Shown here: positions 18,971 through 28,536 of the stretch, piece by piece
Layout of the letters: each line of letters opens with the position of its first letter
Numbering within the stretch: position 1 is the stretch's first letter
Assembly: GCA_963840035.1 (NCBI GenBank)
Contig: CAWIXE010000002.1
Coordinates: 256,001-320,000 of the forward strand
Direction of reading: 5' to 3'
From: a candidate division FCPU426 bacterium
Lineage (GTDB): Bacteria; Oederibacteriota; PGYV01; Palsa-1178
Length of the DNA: 64,000 nucleotides
Position numbers and translations under genes: made by a program
Notes under the pieces: generated by a model
What the model was told of the DNA's origin: nothing
Databases searched by the model: none
What the model saw: the letters and a program-made list of their open reading frames with translations, nothing else

Positions 18971-20380
18971 ATGATACCCGCGATATTATTCTCGGCCCCG
19001 GCAGCGGCGCTCCTGCTTTTGATATTCAGGAATAAGAAACTCAACGCCGTTGTTGTGTGCCTGTATTCCGCCCTCCACCTGGCGTGCTCGATCGCACTCA
19101 TGCGCAAACCCGGGTCATACGGCCCTTATTTCCACACGGACGCCCTGAACATATTCTTTCTCATAGTGCTGAGCATTGTGTTAGCCGGGGTATCGGTTTA
19201 CAACTATGATTTTACACGCCGGTCCGAAGTCACCGGCCGCAAATCCACGTATTACACAGCGGTCATGCTTGTGTTCTCCGCCGCGATAAGCGGGGTGGTG
19301 CTGGGGACAAACCTGGGCATGATTTGGGTATGCCTGGAAACAACCACCATAACAGGCGCATACCTCATATACTACAAAGAGGGGAAAGAACCGCTTGAGG
19401 CCGCGTGGAAGTACATGTTCATATGCTCCATCGGCATTGCCATCGCCTTTGTGGGGCTCATATTCCTCTCCATGGCGTATACACACGGGGAGAATTCACT
19501 TTTTTTCACCGACCTATACAGCCATGCGCCGGGCCTGAACTTATTCTGGCTGAAGATGTCCTTTGTATTCATGGCCATAGGTTTCGGGACAAAGGCCGGG
19601 CTTGCGCCCGTGCACACTTGGCTGCCTGACGCGTATTCGGAAGCGCCCTCCCCGGTATCGGTGCTGCTATCGGCGGCGCTGCTTAACTCAGAACTGCTTA
19701 TCATCATAAAAATCCTGAAAATAATGAAGCTCGGGGGGCTGGGTGAATTCGCCTCCGCGTTCCTTATGGCCATGGGCGCGCTCTCTGTCTTTGTGGCGGC
19801 CGTGTACATAATAAGGGTGGGGAATTACAAGAGGATGCTGGCGTACTCTTCCATAGAGAACATGGGGTTAATAACCATCAGCGCGGCATTGGGCGGCCCG
19901 GCCGCGTTCGCGGCCATACTGCACATAGCCGCCCACGCTTTTTCAAAGGCGTCGCTTTTCATGACTTCGGGGAACATCCTTAAAAGGTACAACACCAGGG
20001 AAATAAACGGGGTCTCCGGGCTTTTAAAAGCCGACCCGAAGGCGGCATGGTCGTGGATAGCGGGTTTCATACTGCTGTGCGGCATACCGCCATCGCCGAT
20101 ATTTTTAAGCGAATTCATAATGATAAAGACGATGTTTGAAAAAGGGCTGTGGTGGATGGCTGTTCCAATAATGCTGCTTCTGACCATAGTAATATACGGC
20201 ATGGCATCGGCTATTTTCAGGATGAGCTTCGGGAACGCGCCGAAAGGCATATCAGACGAGAAATTTAACGCCTTTAATTACGCGGGGCAGTTCATATTTA
20301 TCGCGGCGCTGATATGGGCCGGCATCTATATGCCCAGGCAAATAAGCGCGTTTATAAGCGCCGCGGCCGGGCTGATGTAG
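18971..20380 (+). CDS. hyfF: HyfF-like subunit, copy 2
   Basis: LEAAWKY, GTKAGLAPVHTWLPDAYSEAP, KRMLAYSSIEN. Confidence 0.9.
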   Translation: MIPAILFSAPAAALLLLIFRNKKLNAVVVCLYSALHLACSIALMRKPGSYGPYFHTDALNIFFLIVLSIVLAGVSVYNYDFTRRSEVTGRKSTYYTAVMLVFSAAISGVVLGTNLGMIWVCLETTTITGAYLIYYKEGKEPLEAAWKYMFICSIGIAIAFVGLIFLSMAYTHGENSLFFTDLYSHAPGLNLFWLKMSFVFMAIGFGTKAGLAPVHTWLPDAYSEAPSPVSVLLSAALLNSELLIIIKILKIMKLGGLGEFASAFLMAMGALSVFVAAVYIIRVGNYKRMLAYSSIENMGLITISAALGGPAAFAAILHIAAHAFSKASLFMTSGNILKRYNTREINGVSGLLKADPKAAWSWIAGFILLCGIPPSPIFLSEFIMIKTMFEKGLWWMAVPIMLLLTIVIYGMASAIFRMSFGNAPKGISDEKFNAFNYAGQFIFIAALIWAGIYMPRQISAFISAAAGLM

Positions 20381-20443
20381 AAGGAAATAAAATATTAAGC
20401 ATGAGTAAAGTCCGGTTTTTCCGGAATGAGGCGGAGTGGAACA

Positions 20444-21922
20444 ATGGGTTTCAAAGTAATTAAAAACAACAGGACAGCAAAGTTAAAAGAGATAACGGAA
20501 ATGGCCGTAGACGTCTTAAGGACGCGCGTTATAACTTCATGCAACAGGGGAAGGCGGCTGATAGGTTTTTTCGCGGGGCCTTCAAAGAAGCTTTTTGTCA
20601 TGCTGGCTGATGACGCCGCGTCAACCATACATGTTGCCTGCGCCCCGCTGGATGGAGTCACGTCGTATAAGTCCATGACACCTGAACTTCCGCAGGCACA
20701 TATGTTCGAGAGGGAGTTTTATGAGGAGACTGGCATAGAGCCGCTCGGGCATCCCTGGCTTAAGGGCGTAAGATTTCCGCACAGCCGGTTTGACACAGGG
20801 GCTGACATGGCGTCATACAGGTTTTTTAAAATGGACGGGGATGAAATACATGAAGTGGCTGTCGGCCCGGTCCACGCAGGGATAATTGAACCGGGACATT
20901 TCAGGTTCATGTGCCACGGGGAAAAGGTTTACCACCTTGAAATCCAGCTCGGTTATCAGCACAGGGGAGTGGAAGAACTTTTTGCAAAGCGCGGTGACAA
21001 GCCCGCGCCGCATCTGGCAGAGTCCATTGCCGGTGATTCCGCCATAGCGCATTCGCAGGTATACTGCGGAATAATAGAGGCGCTCTCATCAGCCCCGGTA
21101 TCCCGCCGCGCCCACGCGATACGCGGCGCGGCGCTGGAACTTGAACGCGCGGGCATGCACACCGGCGGATTATCAGCCATATGCGGGGACATAGCCTACC
21201 TCGTGGGAAGCGCGGTTTTTGGGGCGAACAGGACGACCATCATAAATACATCCATGCTTATTTCAGGCAGCAGGTTCGGCCGCGGGCTGCTGCGGCCGGG
21301 AGGGACGGCTTTTGATATAAGCGCTGAAAAAGCCGGGGTTGTGAAAAGCAATGTCATGAAGGCATATGAGAACATAAGGATAATGGCGGAAGAGATGTTT
21401 TCCGCTTCAAGCGTAATGTCCAGGCTGCAGCAGACAGGGGTGCTGGCCCAGCAGCAGGCAAAAGAAATAGGCGCCATAGGTCTTGCGGCAAAGGCGTCGG
21501 GCATTGCCATGGACTCGCGCTCGGACCACCCGTACGGTATTTACAACCACATGCCAGTGCATAAGCTTACCATGGACTCAGGCGACGCGTTTGCCAGGAG
21601 TTACCTCCGTTACATGGAAATAACCCAGTCAGTGGAAATGGTGAGGGAGATTATGGAGAACTTACCGGCAGGGGAAATCATGGAAAAGCCGGGACCGCTG
21701 GCGGAGGATTCATTCGCGGTATCCATAGCAGAAGGCTGGAGGGGCGCCGTGGTACACGCAGCCATAACGGATTCCAAAGGCAGGATAGCAAGGTATAAAG
21801 TCAAGGACCCGTCGTTTAATAACTGGTACGGGCTGGCGCTGGCGCTGAGGAATGAAGGTATTTCTGATTTTCCGTTAATAAATAAAAGTTTTGACCTTTC
21901 ATACTGCGGGAATGATTTGTAG
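20444..21922 (+). CDS. ehrL: Ehr large subunit, copy 2 (HyfG/HycE-like, no NiFe CxxC motifs)
   Basis: VAVGPVHAGIIEPGHFRF; LAESIAGD; DFPLINKSFDLSYCGNDL. Confidence 0.88.
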   Translation: MGFKVIKNNRTAKLKEITEMAVDVLRTRVITSCNRGRRLIGFFAGPSKKLFVMLADDAASTIHVACAPLDGVTSYKSMTPELPQAHMFEREFYEETGIEPLGHPWLKGVRFPHSRFDTGADMASYRFFKMDGDEIHEVAVGPVHAGIIEPGHFRFMCHGEKVYHLEIQLGYQHRGVEELFAKRGDKPAPHLAESIAGDSAIAHSQVYCGIIEALSSAPVSRRAHAIRGAALELERAGMHTGGLSAICGDIAYLVGSAVFGANRTTIINTSMLISGSRFGRGLLRPGGTAFDISAEKAGVVKSNVMKAYENIRIMAEEMFSASSVMSRLQQTGVLAQQQAKEIGAIGLAAKASGIAMDSRSDHPYGIYNHMPVHKLTMDSGDAFARSYLRYMEITQSVEMVREIMENLPAGEIMEKPGPLAEDSFAVSIAEGWRGAVVHAAITDSKGRIARYKVKDPSFNNWYGLALALRNEGISDFPLINKSFDLSYCGNDL

Positions 21923-21925
21923 GTT

Positions 21926-22003
21926 GTAAATCACAAATCCCAAAGAAATGCGAATCGCGGGATTTGGATCTGAAATTCAATTTGGGATTTGTGATTTGTG
22001 ATT
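21926..22003. repeat. Heptamer-type inverted repeat (AAATCAC/AAATCCC ... GGGATTT/GTGATTT)
   Basis: AAATCACAAATCCCAAA pairs with TTTGGGATTTGTGATTT; fills the ehrL2-ehrS2 spacer. Confidence 0.7.
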
Positions 22004-22022
22004 AAAACATACAGGAGAGCAA

Positions 22023-22778
22023 ATGTTCGACATTTTACGCATCAGGGCCCGTCAGGGCAATCAGGCAATACCCGACATAAAGAAGGCTGTAATAATCCCG
22101 GAGTTCCGCGGCCTGCCTGAGATTTCCGTTGCCGAAACCGGGGCTGATTTTATCGCTGATACTGTCTGTCCGGTATCGGCCATAGGGAAAGCGCCGCTTC
22201 GTATCGACCTGGGCAAATGCGTTTTTTGCGGGGATTGCGAGCGGGCATGCAAAAACAGCGAGATAAAATTCACCGCCCGGCATAAGATTTCCGCTGATTC
22301 CAGGGAAAAACTTGTCATAACTAAAGGCGCGGGAAAAGATGACTTTGAAAAATACGCGGTAAAATCGCGCCTTGAAATATCAAAAATATTCGGCCGCTCC
22401 CTGAAATTACGCCAGGTTTCAGCCGGCGGCTGCGGCGGCTGCGAACTGGAACTCAACGCATGCAGCAACGTAAATTTTGACATGGGAAGGTTCGGCATAG
22501 ATTTTGTGGCATCGCCGAGGCACGCCGACGGAATAGTGATTACAGGCCCCATAACCGAAAACATGTCATACGCGCTGGAAGAAACATATAACGCCGTCCC
22601 TGACCCGAAGATAATAATACTGGCCGGTTCCTGCGCCATATCAGGAGGGGTTTTTGAAGGTTCAAAATCGTTGAACAGGGGATTCCTTCAAAACCACAAG
22701 GTGGATCTTTATGTACCCGGATGCGCCATACATCCTCTTACCTTTATAAACGGGGTTTTGAAGTTAATAGGAAGGTAA
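22023..22778 (+). CDS. ehrS: Ehr small subunit, copy 2 (ferredoxin-NuoB/HyfI fusion)
   Basis: CVFCGDCERAC, GGCGGCELE, SPRHADG, GSCA, VPGCAIHPLTF. Confidence 0.88.
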   Translation: MFDILRIRARQGNQAIPDIKKAVIIPEFRGLPEISVAETGADFIADTVCPVSAIGKAPLRIDLGKCVFCGDCERACKNSEIKFTARHKISADSREKLVITKGAGKDDFEKYAVKSRLEISKIFGRSLKLRQVSAGGCGGCELELNACSNVNFDMGRFGIDFVASPRHADGIVITGPITENMSYALEETYNAVPDPKIIILAGSCAISGGVFEGSKSLNRGFLQNHKVDLYVPGCAIHPLTFINGVLKLIGR

Positions 22779-22858
22779 ACTTAAAGTTTAAAACTGAAAG
22801 CTGAAAGTTGAAACAATATCAAACCTGCTTTTCAACTTTCAGCTTTCAGTTTTCAGTT
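22776..22858. repeat. Heptamer (CTGAAAG-type) inverted-repeat element
   Basis: AACTGAAAGCTGAAAGTTGAAA ... TTTCAACTTTCAGCTTTCAGTT between convergent stop codons. Confidence 0.8.
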
Positions 22859-22862
22859 GCCT

Positions 22863-23060
22863 TTACTTTCTTTCCGTCCTCTCAAAATGCCCCAAATCAT
22901 CAAGCAATTTTGACATCAGTTCCAGGTCGAAACTTCCCATTACATTCCTGTTGCCCCTGTCCAGATAGTGCGAATGCATTTCTTCCCTGATATCAAGCCG
23001 CTCATGGAGGTATTTTGACTTGAGGTCTTCAGGCCTTAATTCGCCTTTTTTGTTTTTCAT
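22863..23060 (-). CDS. Small hypothetical protein (65 aa)
   Basis: ATG at 23060 preceded by strong SD GAGGAGGCGAGG; charged, protein-like composition. Confidence 0.65.
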   Translation of the reverse strand: MKNKKGELRPEDLKSKYLHERLDIREEMHSHYLDRGNRNVMGSFDLELMSKLLDDLGHFERTERK

Positions 23061-23208
23061 AAACCTCGCCTCCTCTTTTTTTACTTCTTCTCTCACTATA
23101 AGTATAGCACCGGAAGTTAAAAATGCCAAATTTGGGGGATTGGAACGGGGTTCCGCGAAAAAAATCTGTGCTTTAAAAATATGGCGGATTTTGGAATCAA
23201 AAGGCGTA

Positions 23209-23233
23209 CGGGTGGATATAATCCGCCCGCTAC
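23209..23233 (-). repeat. GTAG-type REP-like palindrome
   Basis: Reverse strand GTAGCGGGCGGATTATATCCACCCG, similar to the copy at 63191. Confidence 0.65.
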
Positions 23234-23383
23234 AAAGGCAATCCAAAAACCGCGCCATTTATGATATAATAATTTTTGTTTATAACGAGGCAGGGGATCG
23301 CGGCCAAAAGTGATGATTCAATATCTGTCTCCAGTCTCCTGTCCCGTTATAACTCGAACGCGAATATAATCAGGGGGTGTTTT

Positions 23384-23632
23384 ATGGCGAATCTTGGAAG
23401 GTTAAAGAACATGTCCGACGAGGACATACAGGACTGGCTGCGCGGCGTCGGGGTGGAGGGCGCGGTAGGGCTCGGGCTGGCTATGCTTGAGGCAGATGAG
23501 GATACCAAAAAATGCGTATTCCGGAACATGTCAGAGCGCGCTGTGTCTGTACTAAAGGGCGATATGAAAAGGTACGAAGCCATGGGCCCTGATGAGCTGA
23601 ATATGATGAAAAAAGCCAATAAAATAAAGTAA
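23384..23632 (+). CDS. Small FliG C-terminal-domain-like protein
   Basis: MSDEDIQDWLR...LAM..ADEDTKKCVFRNMSERA resembles the FliG armadillo/torque region. Confidence 0.7.
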   Translation: MANLGRLKNMSDEDIQDWLRGVGVEGAVGLGLAMLEADEDTKKCVFRNMSERAVSVLKGDMKRYEAMGPDELNMMKKANKIK

Positions 23633-23735
23633 ACCTGAACCTTTGTTTTACCCCGCAAAATTGATTTGACTATATATTTTTAATATGATAAATTATTAAG
23701 ACATTCATGATGGGACTTGCATATTCCAGGAGGAA

Positions 23736-24251
23736 ATGATGAAAAAACTTAAGAAATTAATATGTACCATAGTTCTTATATGTTTTTCAGGGGTTTTATT
23801 CGCCCAGTCAGGCATGTCTGATGTTGTCATCGATGAAACCATACTTGAACCAAAAGACCCGATACTCGGCACAGTTGTAGCCATCGGGCCGGGGCTTTTA
23901 GCGCACGGCTGGGGTCAGTTTTACGCTGAGAATTACAAAATGGGGCTGGCGCTTTTCGGGCTTGAGCTTGTCTCCATAATAACCATAGGCGTCGGATATG
24001 TGGAATTCTCAAATCCCAATAACCTGACTGATTATGCCGCCGCTAATAACGTTAAAAGGGCCGGGGCTATTACGCTGGCGGCAGGGGTGCTGTTATTTGT
24101 CGCGACATGGGTCGCGGACATAGCGCTCGCGGGCAACGCGGCCATGCAGTATAACAAGGAACACAACCTGGAATTCAAAATGCAGCAGGAATCGCTGTTA
24201 AACGGCAATTACAATAATACATACGCGGCTATATATAATTTAAGGTTCTGA
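23736..24251 (+). CDS. Exported/membrane hypothetical protein (resembles P13-/DUF5683-type membrane proteins)
   Basis: Signal peptide, KDP..G.G.FY hydrophobic helices, C-terminal YNLRF. Confidence 0.7.
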   Translation: MMKKLKKLICTIVLICFSGVLFAQSGMSDVVIDETILEPKDPILGTVVAIGPGLLAHGWGQFYAENYKMGLALFGLELVSIITIGVGYVEFSNPNNLTDYAAANNVKRAGAITLAAGVLLFVATWVADIALAGNAAMQYNKEHNLEFKMQQESLLNGNYNNTYAAIYNLRF

Positions 24252-24293
24252 TACAAGCCATGCATGGGCCGCATACATGCGCGGCCTGAGGAT

Positions 24294-24333
24294 AAAAAAA
24301 ACAGGCCGGATGGTAATCCGGCCTGTTTTTTTT
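24294..24333. terminator. Bidirectional intrinsic terminator
   Basis: A-run, CAGGCCGGAT-GGTA-ATCCGGCCTG, T-run. Confidence 0.85.
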
Positions 24334-24334
24334 A

Positions 24335-24528
24335 GGCTCAAGGGGTTGTGTGAGTGTGTGGCTCAAGTGGATGTTGGGAGTGTGTGGGCTCAAGTGATAG
24401 TTGGAGTTGGTTGGTTCAAGGGTCGGTTTTTACATTAAACATTGAGCCCAAAGATTCCCACAATTACTTGAGCCCAAAAGATTCACACACCCACTTGAGC
24501 CATCAAAATTTCCACATCCACTTGAGCT
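24335..24528. repeat. GGCTCAAG inverted-array element 'B', diverged copy 3 (reverse orientation)
   Basis: Four GG(C/T)TCAAG units facing four (C/A)TTGAGC units, spaced ~25-27 bp; AACATTGAGCCC is the reverse complement of the GGGCTCAATGTT core junction. Confidence 0.75.
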
Positions 24529-24567
24529 CTGCGTACCAGATTTTCACAAACACGGAGGTTTAAAAAC

Positions 24568-26331
24568 ATGTTAAAAAGAACCCACTACTGCGGTGAAGTA
24601 ACAGAGGCCTTGATCGGCCAGGAAGTATCCATTAACGGCTGGCTTGACACCAGGCGCGACCACGGCGGGCTTATATTCTTTGACGTCCGCGATAAGTTCG
24701 GAAAAGTGCAGGTGGTATTTGACCCTGAGATAAATAAAGGACTTCACGAGACCGCGCACAAACTGCGCAGCGAGTATGTCCTGGGTATTAAGGGAAAAGT
24801 CAGGAACAGGCCCGAGGGCACGACCAACTCAAAATTAAAAACAGGCATGATAGAAATAGTGGCCTCAGAGGTGGAAGTGTTCAACCAGTCACAGCCGCTT
24901 CCTTTCCCCATAGACGAATCAGCCGAGGTAAACGAGGACTTAAGGCTTAAGTACAGGTATCTGGACCTTCGCAGGCCGAAAATACTCAACAACCTTATCA
25001 TAAGGCACAAACTCACGCAGATAATCAGGAAGTACCTGGATGAGAACCATTTTGTGGACGTGGAAACCCCGGTGCTTTTTAAATCAACTCCGGAAGGCGC
25101 CCGCGATTACCTCGTGCCGTCGCGCGTAAACCCGGGGACTTTTTTCGCGCTCCCGCAGTCGCCCCAGATGTTAAAGCAGATACTCATGGTGGCCGGCTTG
25201 GACAGGTATTACCAGGTGGTAAAATGCTTCCGCGACGAGGATTTGCGCGCTGACAGGCAGCCTGAGTTCACGCAGATAGATATCGAGATGTCCTTCATTG
25301 ACGAGGACGACATAATGGGCCACTCAGAAAATTTCATCAGGGACGTATTTGAGCAGATACAGAGCACAAAGCTGCCCAAGCCGTTTCCGCGCATGACGTA
25401 TGACCAGGCCATGGAAGAGTACGGAAATGACAAACCGGACACAAGGTTCGCGATGAAATTAAAGACCGTCAGCGAAGTCTTTGACGGTTCTGATTTCAAA
25501 ATATTCTCCGAGACGGTAAAAAACGGCGGCGTGGTAAAAGCTTTAAACTTTAAAAATTCCGCCGAGAAACTTTCGCGCAAGGACATAGACGACCTCGTGG
25601 CGTACGCCATCAGGCAGGGCGCGGGAGGCATGGCGTGGATCAGGTTCGCCGAGAAGCCGGAGTCGCCGATAGTGAAGTTCTTAAGCGACGACCGCGTGAA
25701 CAAACTTAAGGAATTAATGGCCGTGGAAAAAGGGGACATAGTGTTCTTCATGGCCGACAAGAAGGATAAGGTAAACGACATATTAAGCAGGGTCAGGCTT
25801 CACATAGGCGGGAAGTACGAGCTTTACGACGAAAAGAAGCTTGAGTTCCTGTGGGTAGTGGATTTCCCGCTGATGAGCTATGACGCCGAGGAAAAACGCT
25901 ACGTGGCAAACCACCACCCGTTTACGGCCCCAAAAGCCTCTGACATCGCCATGCTTGACACAGACCCGCTTAAGGTAAAGGCAAGGGCGTATGACCTGGT
26001 ATTAAACGGCACGGAAATCGGCGGCGGTTCGATAAGGATACACGACAGCGGCCTTCAGAAAAAAATGTTCAACCTTATGAATATAGACGACGCGTCAGCG
26101 GAAATGAAGTTCGGATTCCTCCTTGAAGCCTTAAAATTCGGGGCGCCGCCTCACGGAGGCATAGCTTTCGGCCTCGACAGGATGGCCATGATTATTACGG
26201 GAAGCCAGTCCATCAGGGACGTAATCGCGTTCCCGAAGACCGCAAAGGCGCAGTGCCTGCTCTCAAACGCGCCCTCGCAGGTGGAAGACAAGCAGTTAAA
26301 AGAGTTGTATATAAAGATAAACCTGGATTAG
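24568..26331 (+). CDS. aspS: Aspartate--tRNA ligase (probably non-discriminating Asp/Asn)
   Basis: RTHYCG, RRDHGG, TPEGARDYLVPSR, FRDEDLRADRQPEFTQ, GAPPHGGIAFGLDR. Confidence 0.98.
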   Translation: MLKRTHYCGEVTEALIGQEVSINGWLDTRRDHGGLIFFDVRDKFGKVQVVFDPEINKGLHETAHKLRSEYVLGIKGKVRNRPEGTTNSKLKTGMIEIVASEVEVFNQSQPLPFPIDESAEVNEDLRLKYRYLDLRRPKILNNLIIRHKLTQIIRKYLDENHFVDVETPVLFKSTPEGARDYLVPSRVNPGTFFALPQSPQMLKQILMVAGLDRYYQVVKCFRDEDLRADRQPEFTQIDIEMSFIDEDDIMGHSENFIRDVFEQIQSTKLPKPFPRMTYDQAMEEYGNDKPDTRFAMKLKTVSEVFDGSDFKIFSETVKNGGVVKALNFKNSAEKLSRKDIDDLVAYAIRQGAGGMAWIRFAEKPESPIVKFLSDDRVNKLKELMAVEKGDIVFFMADKKDKVNDILSRVRLHIGGKYELYDEKKLEFLWVVDFPLMSYDAEEKRYVANHHPFTAPKASDIAMLDTDPLKVKARAYDLVLNGTEIGGGSIRIHDSGLQKKMFNLMNIDDASAEMKFGFLLEALKFGAPPHGGIAFGLDRMAMIITGSQSIRDVIAFPKTAKAQCLLSNAPSQVEDKQLKELYIKINLD

Positions 26332-26384
26332 TATTAATATGATTCTGCAGGAAATATGTTTTTTTACTGACTCCGGTTGGTTTC

Positions 26385-26409
26385 GTAGGGGCGATTCATG
26401 AATCGCCCG
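26385..26409 (+). repeat. GTAG-type REP-like palindrome
   Basis: GTAG-GGGCGATTC-AT-GAATCGCCC. Confidence 0.7.
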
Positions 26410-26427
26410 CTCTAAATACAGGCTTTT

Positions 26428-26468
26428 AAATAATAAAACCCGCGTTAAAACGCGGGTTTTATTATTTA
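26428..26468. terminator. Bidirectional terminator between aspS and the convergent gene
   Basis: AAATAATAAAACCCGCGTT-AA-AACGCGGGTTTTATTATTT. Confidence 0.85.
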
Positions 26469-26487
26469 TATGGCGTTTACGCGGGGT

Positions 26488-28377
26488 TTATTTATGATAA
26501 AAATAGAGGCCGTCAGTTTTTGCTGCTTTTAGGCCTTTTATGCCGAGAAGTATATCCGTCCCGTATATTGGCGAGTCTGTTACCAGGTAGTAACCGCTGT
26601 CAAAAAGGCCCTTTAAGAAATTTACGTACCCGGCCTTGTCATACCACGCGCTGGACGGCGTATAATATGAGACCGCCCTGTAGCCGCCGAGATAATACAG
26701 CAGAAATTCGTTTGTGAGGCTTGCTATATAAACCCTGGGGCTGTTTGATGTAATTTGTTTAATGGTTTCCACCATGGCCGGTATGTTTTTGGGCGCGGAT
26801 ACCTTTTTATACTGGCCTGAACGCAGGCGGGAAAGCTGGACCTGGAGCTTGTCGTTTATTTCATTCGGGTTTGACAGGGCTAAGGAGACAATCAGAAGAA
26901 CCGGTATAAGGTATACTGCCGCGGCGTTTGAGAGCCTGGACCGGACGGATGATTTTTCCGCGGGAGGACCAAAGGAAATAAGGTCTAATAGCATGAATAA
27001 GACAAACATCAGCGATGCGGAGATGACCAGTATGTTATTTTCGTGGCTTCTCCCGAAGAAATACAGCGAGTTGCCGGCTGCAAGCGTCAGCAGGTAAAAA
27101 CCGGAACAAAAATATTTTTCCCCGATCGCATTTCTTTTTATCAGAAGAACGGCTGCCGCGCCGGCAAAAACAGGGAAGAAGTGCCAGAAAAAAGAAACGC
27201 GGGAAATTTTCATAAAAGTGATACTAAGCGAGGTAATGGCTGAAGCGGCAGGGTTGCCGCCCGCTCCGAAGAGCGCGGGGTACACAAGCCAGGATACTGC
27301 TATGATGGCGGCGTTCATTAGCGCGGGTTTGAGGCGGTTTTTCACCGCGTTTGCGGCGCCCGCGCCCGCCAGCAGGTCAAAAATAAAAAGCAGGGCTATG
27401 AACTCCATATACGCGGCGGTGTATATAACCCCGAAAGTATTTGAAACAACCACAAAAAAACCTGTTAATATCCCGACGGCCGGAGAATATGGCCCGAGGA
27501 AATAAGCAATGGCCATGAGCGGAAACCACAGCTGCATGCGCAGCGCGGAGTTCTGCGGGCCGTATGTGGGATCTGCGCGTATGATATAAATGCTCATAAG
27601 CACGGTGGCTACAAGCATAAGGAACGGCAGTGTTTTATTCATAAAAAATTTCAGGCTGAAAAGGAGCAGCCCCGAGAGCGTTATGTAAAGGCATGCTTCG
27701 GCAAAAATATACATGTGGGTAAACTGCAGCCCGAGCTTCAGCCAGAGGGCGGCAACCGCGGATAAAAGCAGGTCGTACTGGAAAAATATCTCGTTTAGCC
27801 TGTATCCCTGCAGAAGTTTAAGCGCTGGCATGAAGATGAAGTTGTACTCGTAAGGGCTGAAGATAACTACCGGGATAAAACACGCGGGTATGAGCAGTAT
27901 AAGGAATACTGCTGCGCCGGTTATAGGTGAGTATCTGGCTGCCAGCATGAGAGCTGCGCTTATCCCCAGGAAAAATAAAACAACGCCGAATGACGGGCTG
28001 GAAAAAAAGGGGGCCCGGTTTTCGGAAAAGTACACCGGGACATGGTACCCGATCTTATAATAGAAATAAATAATGGGCAGGGCCATAGCCGCAAAAACAA
28101 GTGTATTTCTTATAAGCGGTTTATTCTTCATTATAACAACGGTAAAAACTGAGGCGGCGGAGATACAGGCGAGCAAAAGCGCGTAAAGGACGTATAATTC
28201 CACCCCGTCCCTGTCACTTAGCCAGATTATGCACCAGGAGGTATAGTCGTCCATATTTATGGGGCTGTTCCGCCAGATAAGGGGGGATAAAGCGAAGAAA
28301 ATAAAATATGCAACAGATGAAATAAAAGCGGAAAACAATAAGGCTCTTAAGAGTAATTTATCGTTTTTTTCAGGCAT
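26488..28377 (-). CDS. Polytopic membrane protein, possibly a GT-C-type glycosyltransferase or envelope-modifying enzyme
   Basis: 629 aa, many TM helices, loop motifs FQYD and GRSHENN, soluble C-terminal domain. Confidence 0.7.
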   Translation of the reverse strand: MPEKNDKLLLRALLFSAFISSVAYFIFFALSPLIWRNSPINMDDYTSWCIIWLSDRDGVELYVLYALLLACISAASVFTVVIMKNKPLIRNTLVFAAMALPIIYFYYKIGYHVPVYFSENRAPFFSSPSFGVVLFFLGISAALMLAARYSPITGAAVFLILLIPACFIPVVIFSPYEYNFIFMPALKLLQGYRLNEIFFQYDLLLSAVAALWLKLGLQFTHMYIFAEACLYITLSGLLLFSLKFFMNKTLPFLMLVATVLMSIYIIRADPTYGPQNSALRMQLWFPLMAIAYFLGPYSPAVGILTGFFVVVSNTFGVIYTAAYMEFIALLFIFDLLAGAGAANAVKNRLKPALMNAAIIAVSWLVYPALFGAGGNPAASAITSLSITFMKISRVSFFWHFFPVFAGAAAVLLIKRNAIGEKYFCSGFYLLTLAAGNSLYFFGRSHENNILVISASLMFVLFMLLDLISFGPPAEKSSVRSRLSNAAAVYLIPVLLIVSLALSNPNEINDKLQVQLSRLRSGQYKKVSAPKNIPAMVETIKQITSNSPRVYIASLTNEFLLYYLGGYRAVSYYTPSSAWYDKAGYVNFLKGLFDSGYYLVTDSPIYGTDILLGIKGLKAAKTDGLYFYHK

Positions 28378-28536
28378 TCCGGCTCCTTTAAAACAAAAGC
28401 ATTATATTCCAAAGCAGGGGCCGGGTCAATTTGTATTTTACGCGATTATTAAATGGATGATTTATTTATTCATATTGAAATGGAGTTTTAAGCGGGATGT
28501 GATATAATTACAATATATTGGGGATTTAAAAGATGA

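Noticed and set aside
12049..21922. Functional [NiFe]-hydrogenase-4 / formate hydrogenlyase
   Set aside because: Both large subunits lack the L1/L2 CxxC motifs, and no maturation or FDH genes are in the window.
7209..22639. Numerous long antisense ORFs over the Ehr genes (also over aspS, holA and the HD-GYP gene)
   Set aside because: They fully overlap well-supported + strand genes and carry no recognisable motifs; codon-bias shadows.
24335..24528. Short repeats with variable spacers as a mini-CRISPR
   Set aside because: The conserved part is only ~8 bp, spacers are under 20 bp, and the orientation inverts midway.
24354..24563. 69-aa ORF upstream of aspS
   Set aside because: It is a translation of the GGCTCAAG repeat with no SD and no protein-like features.
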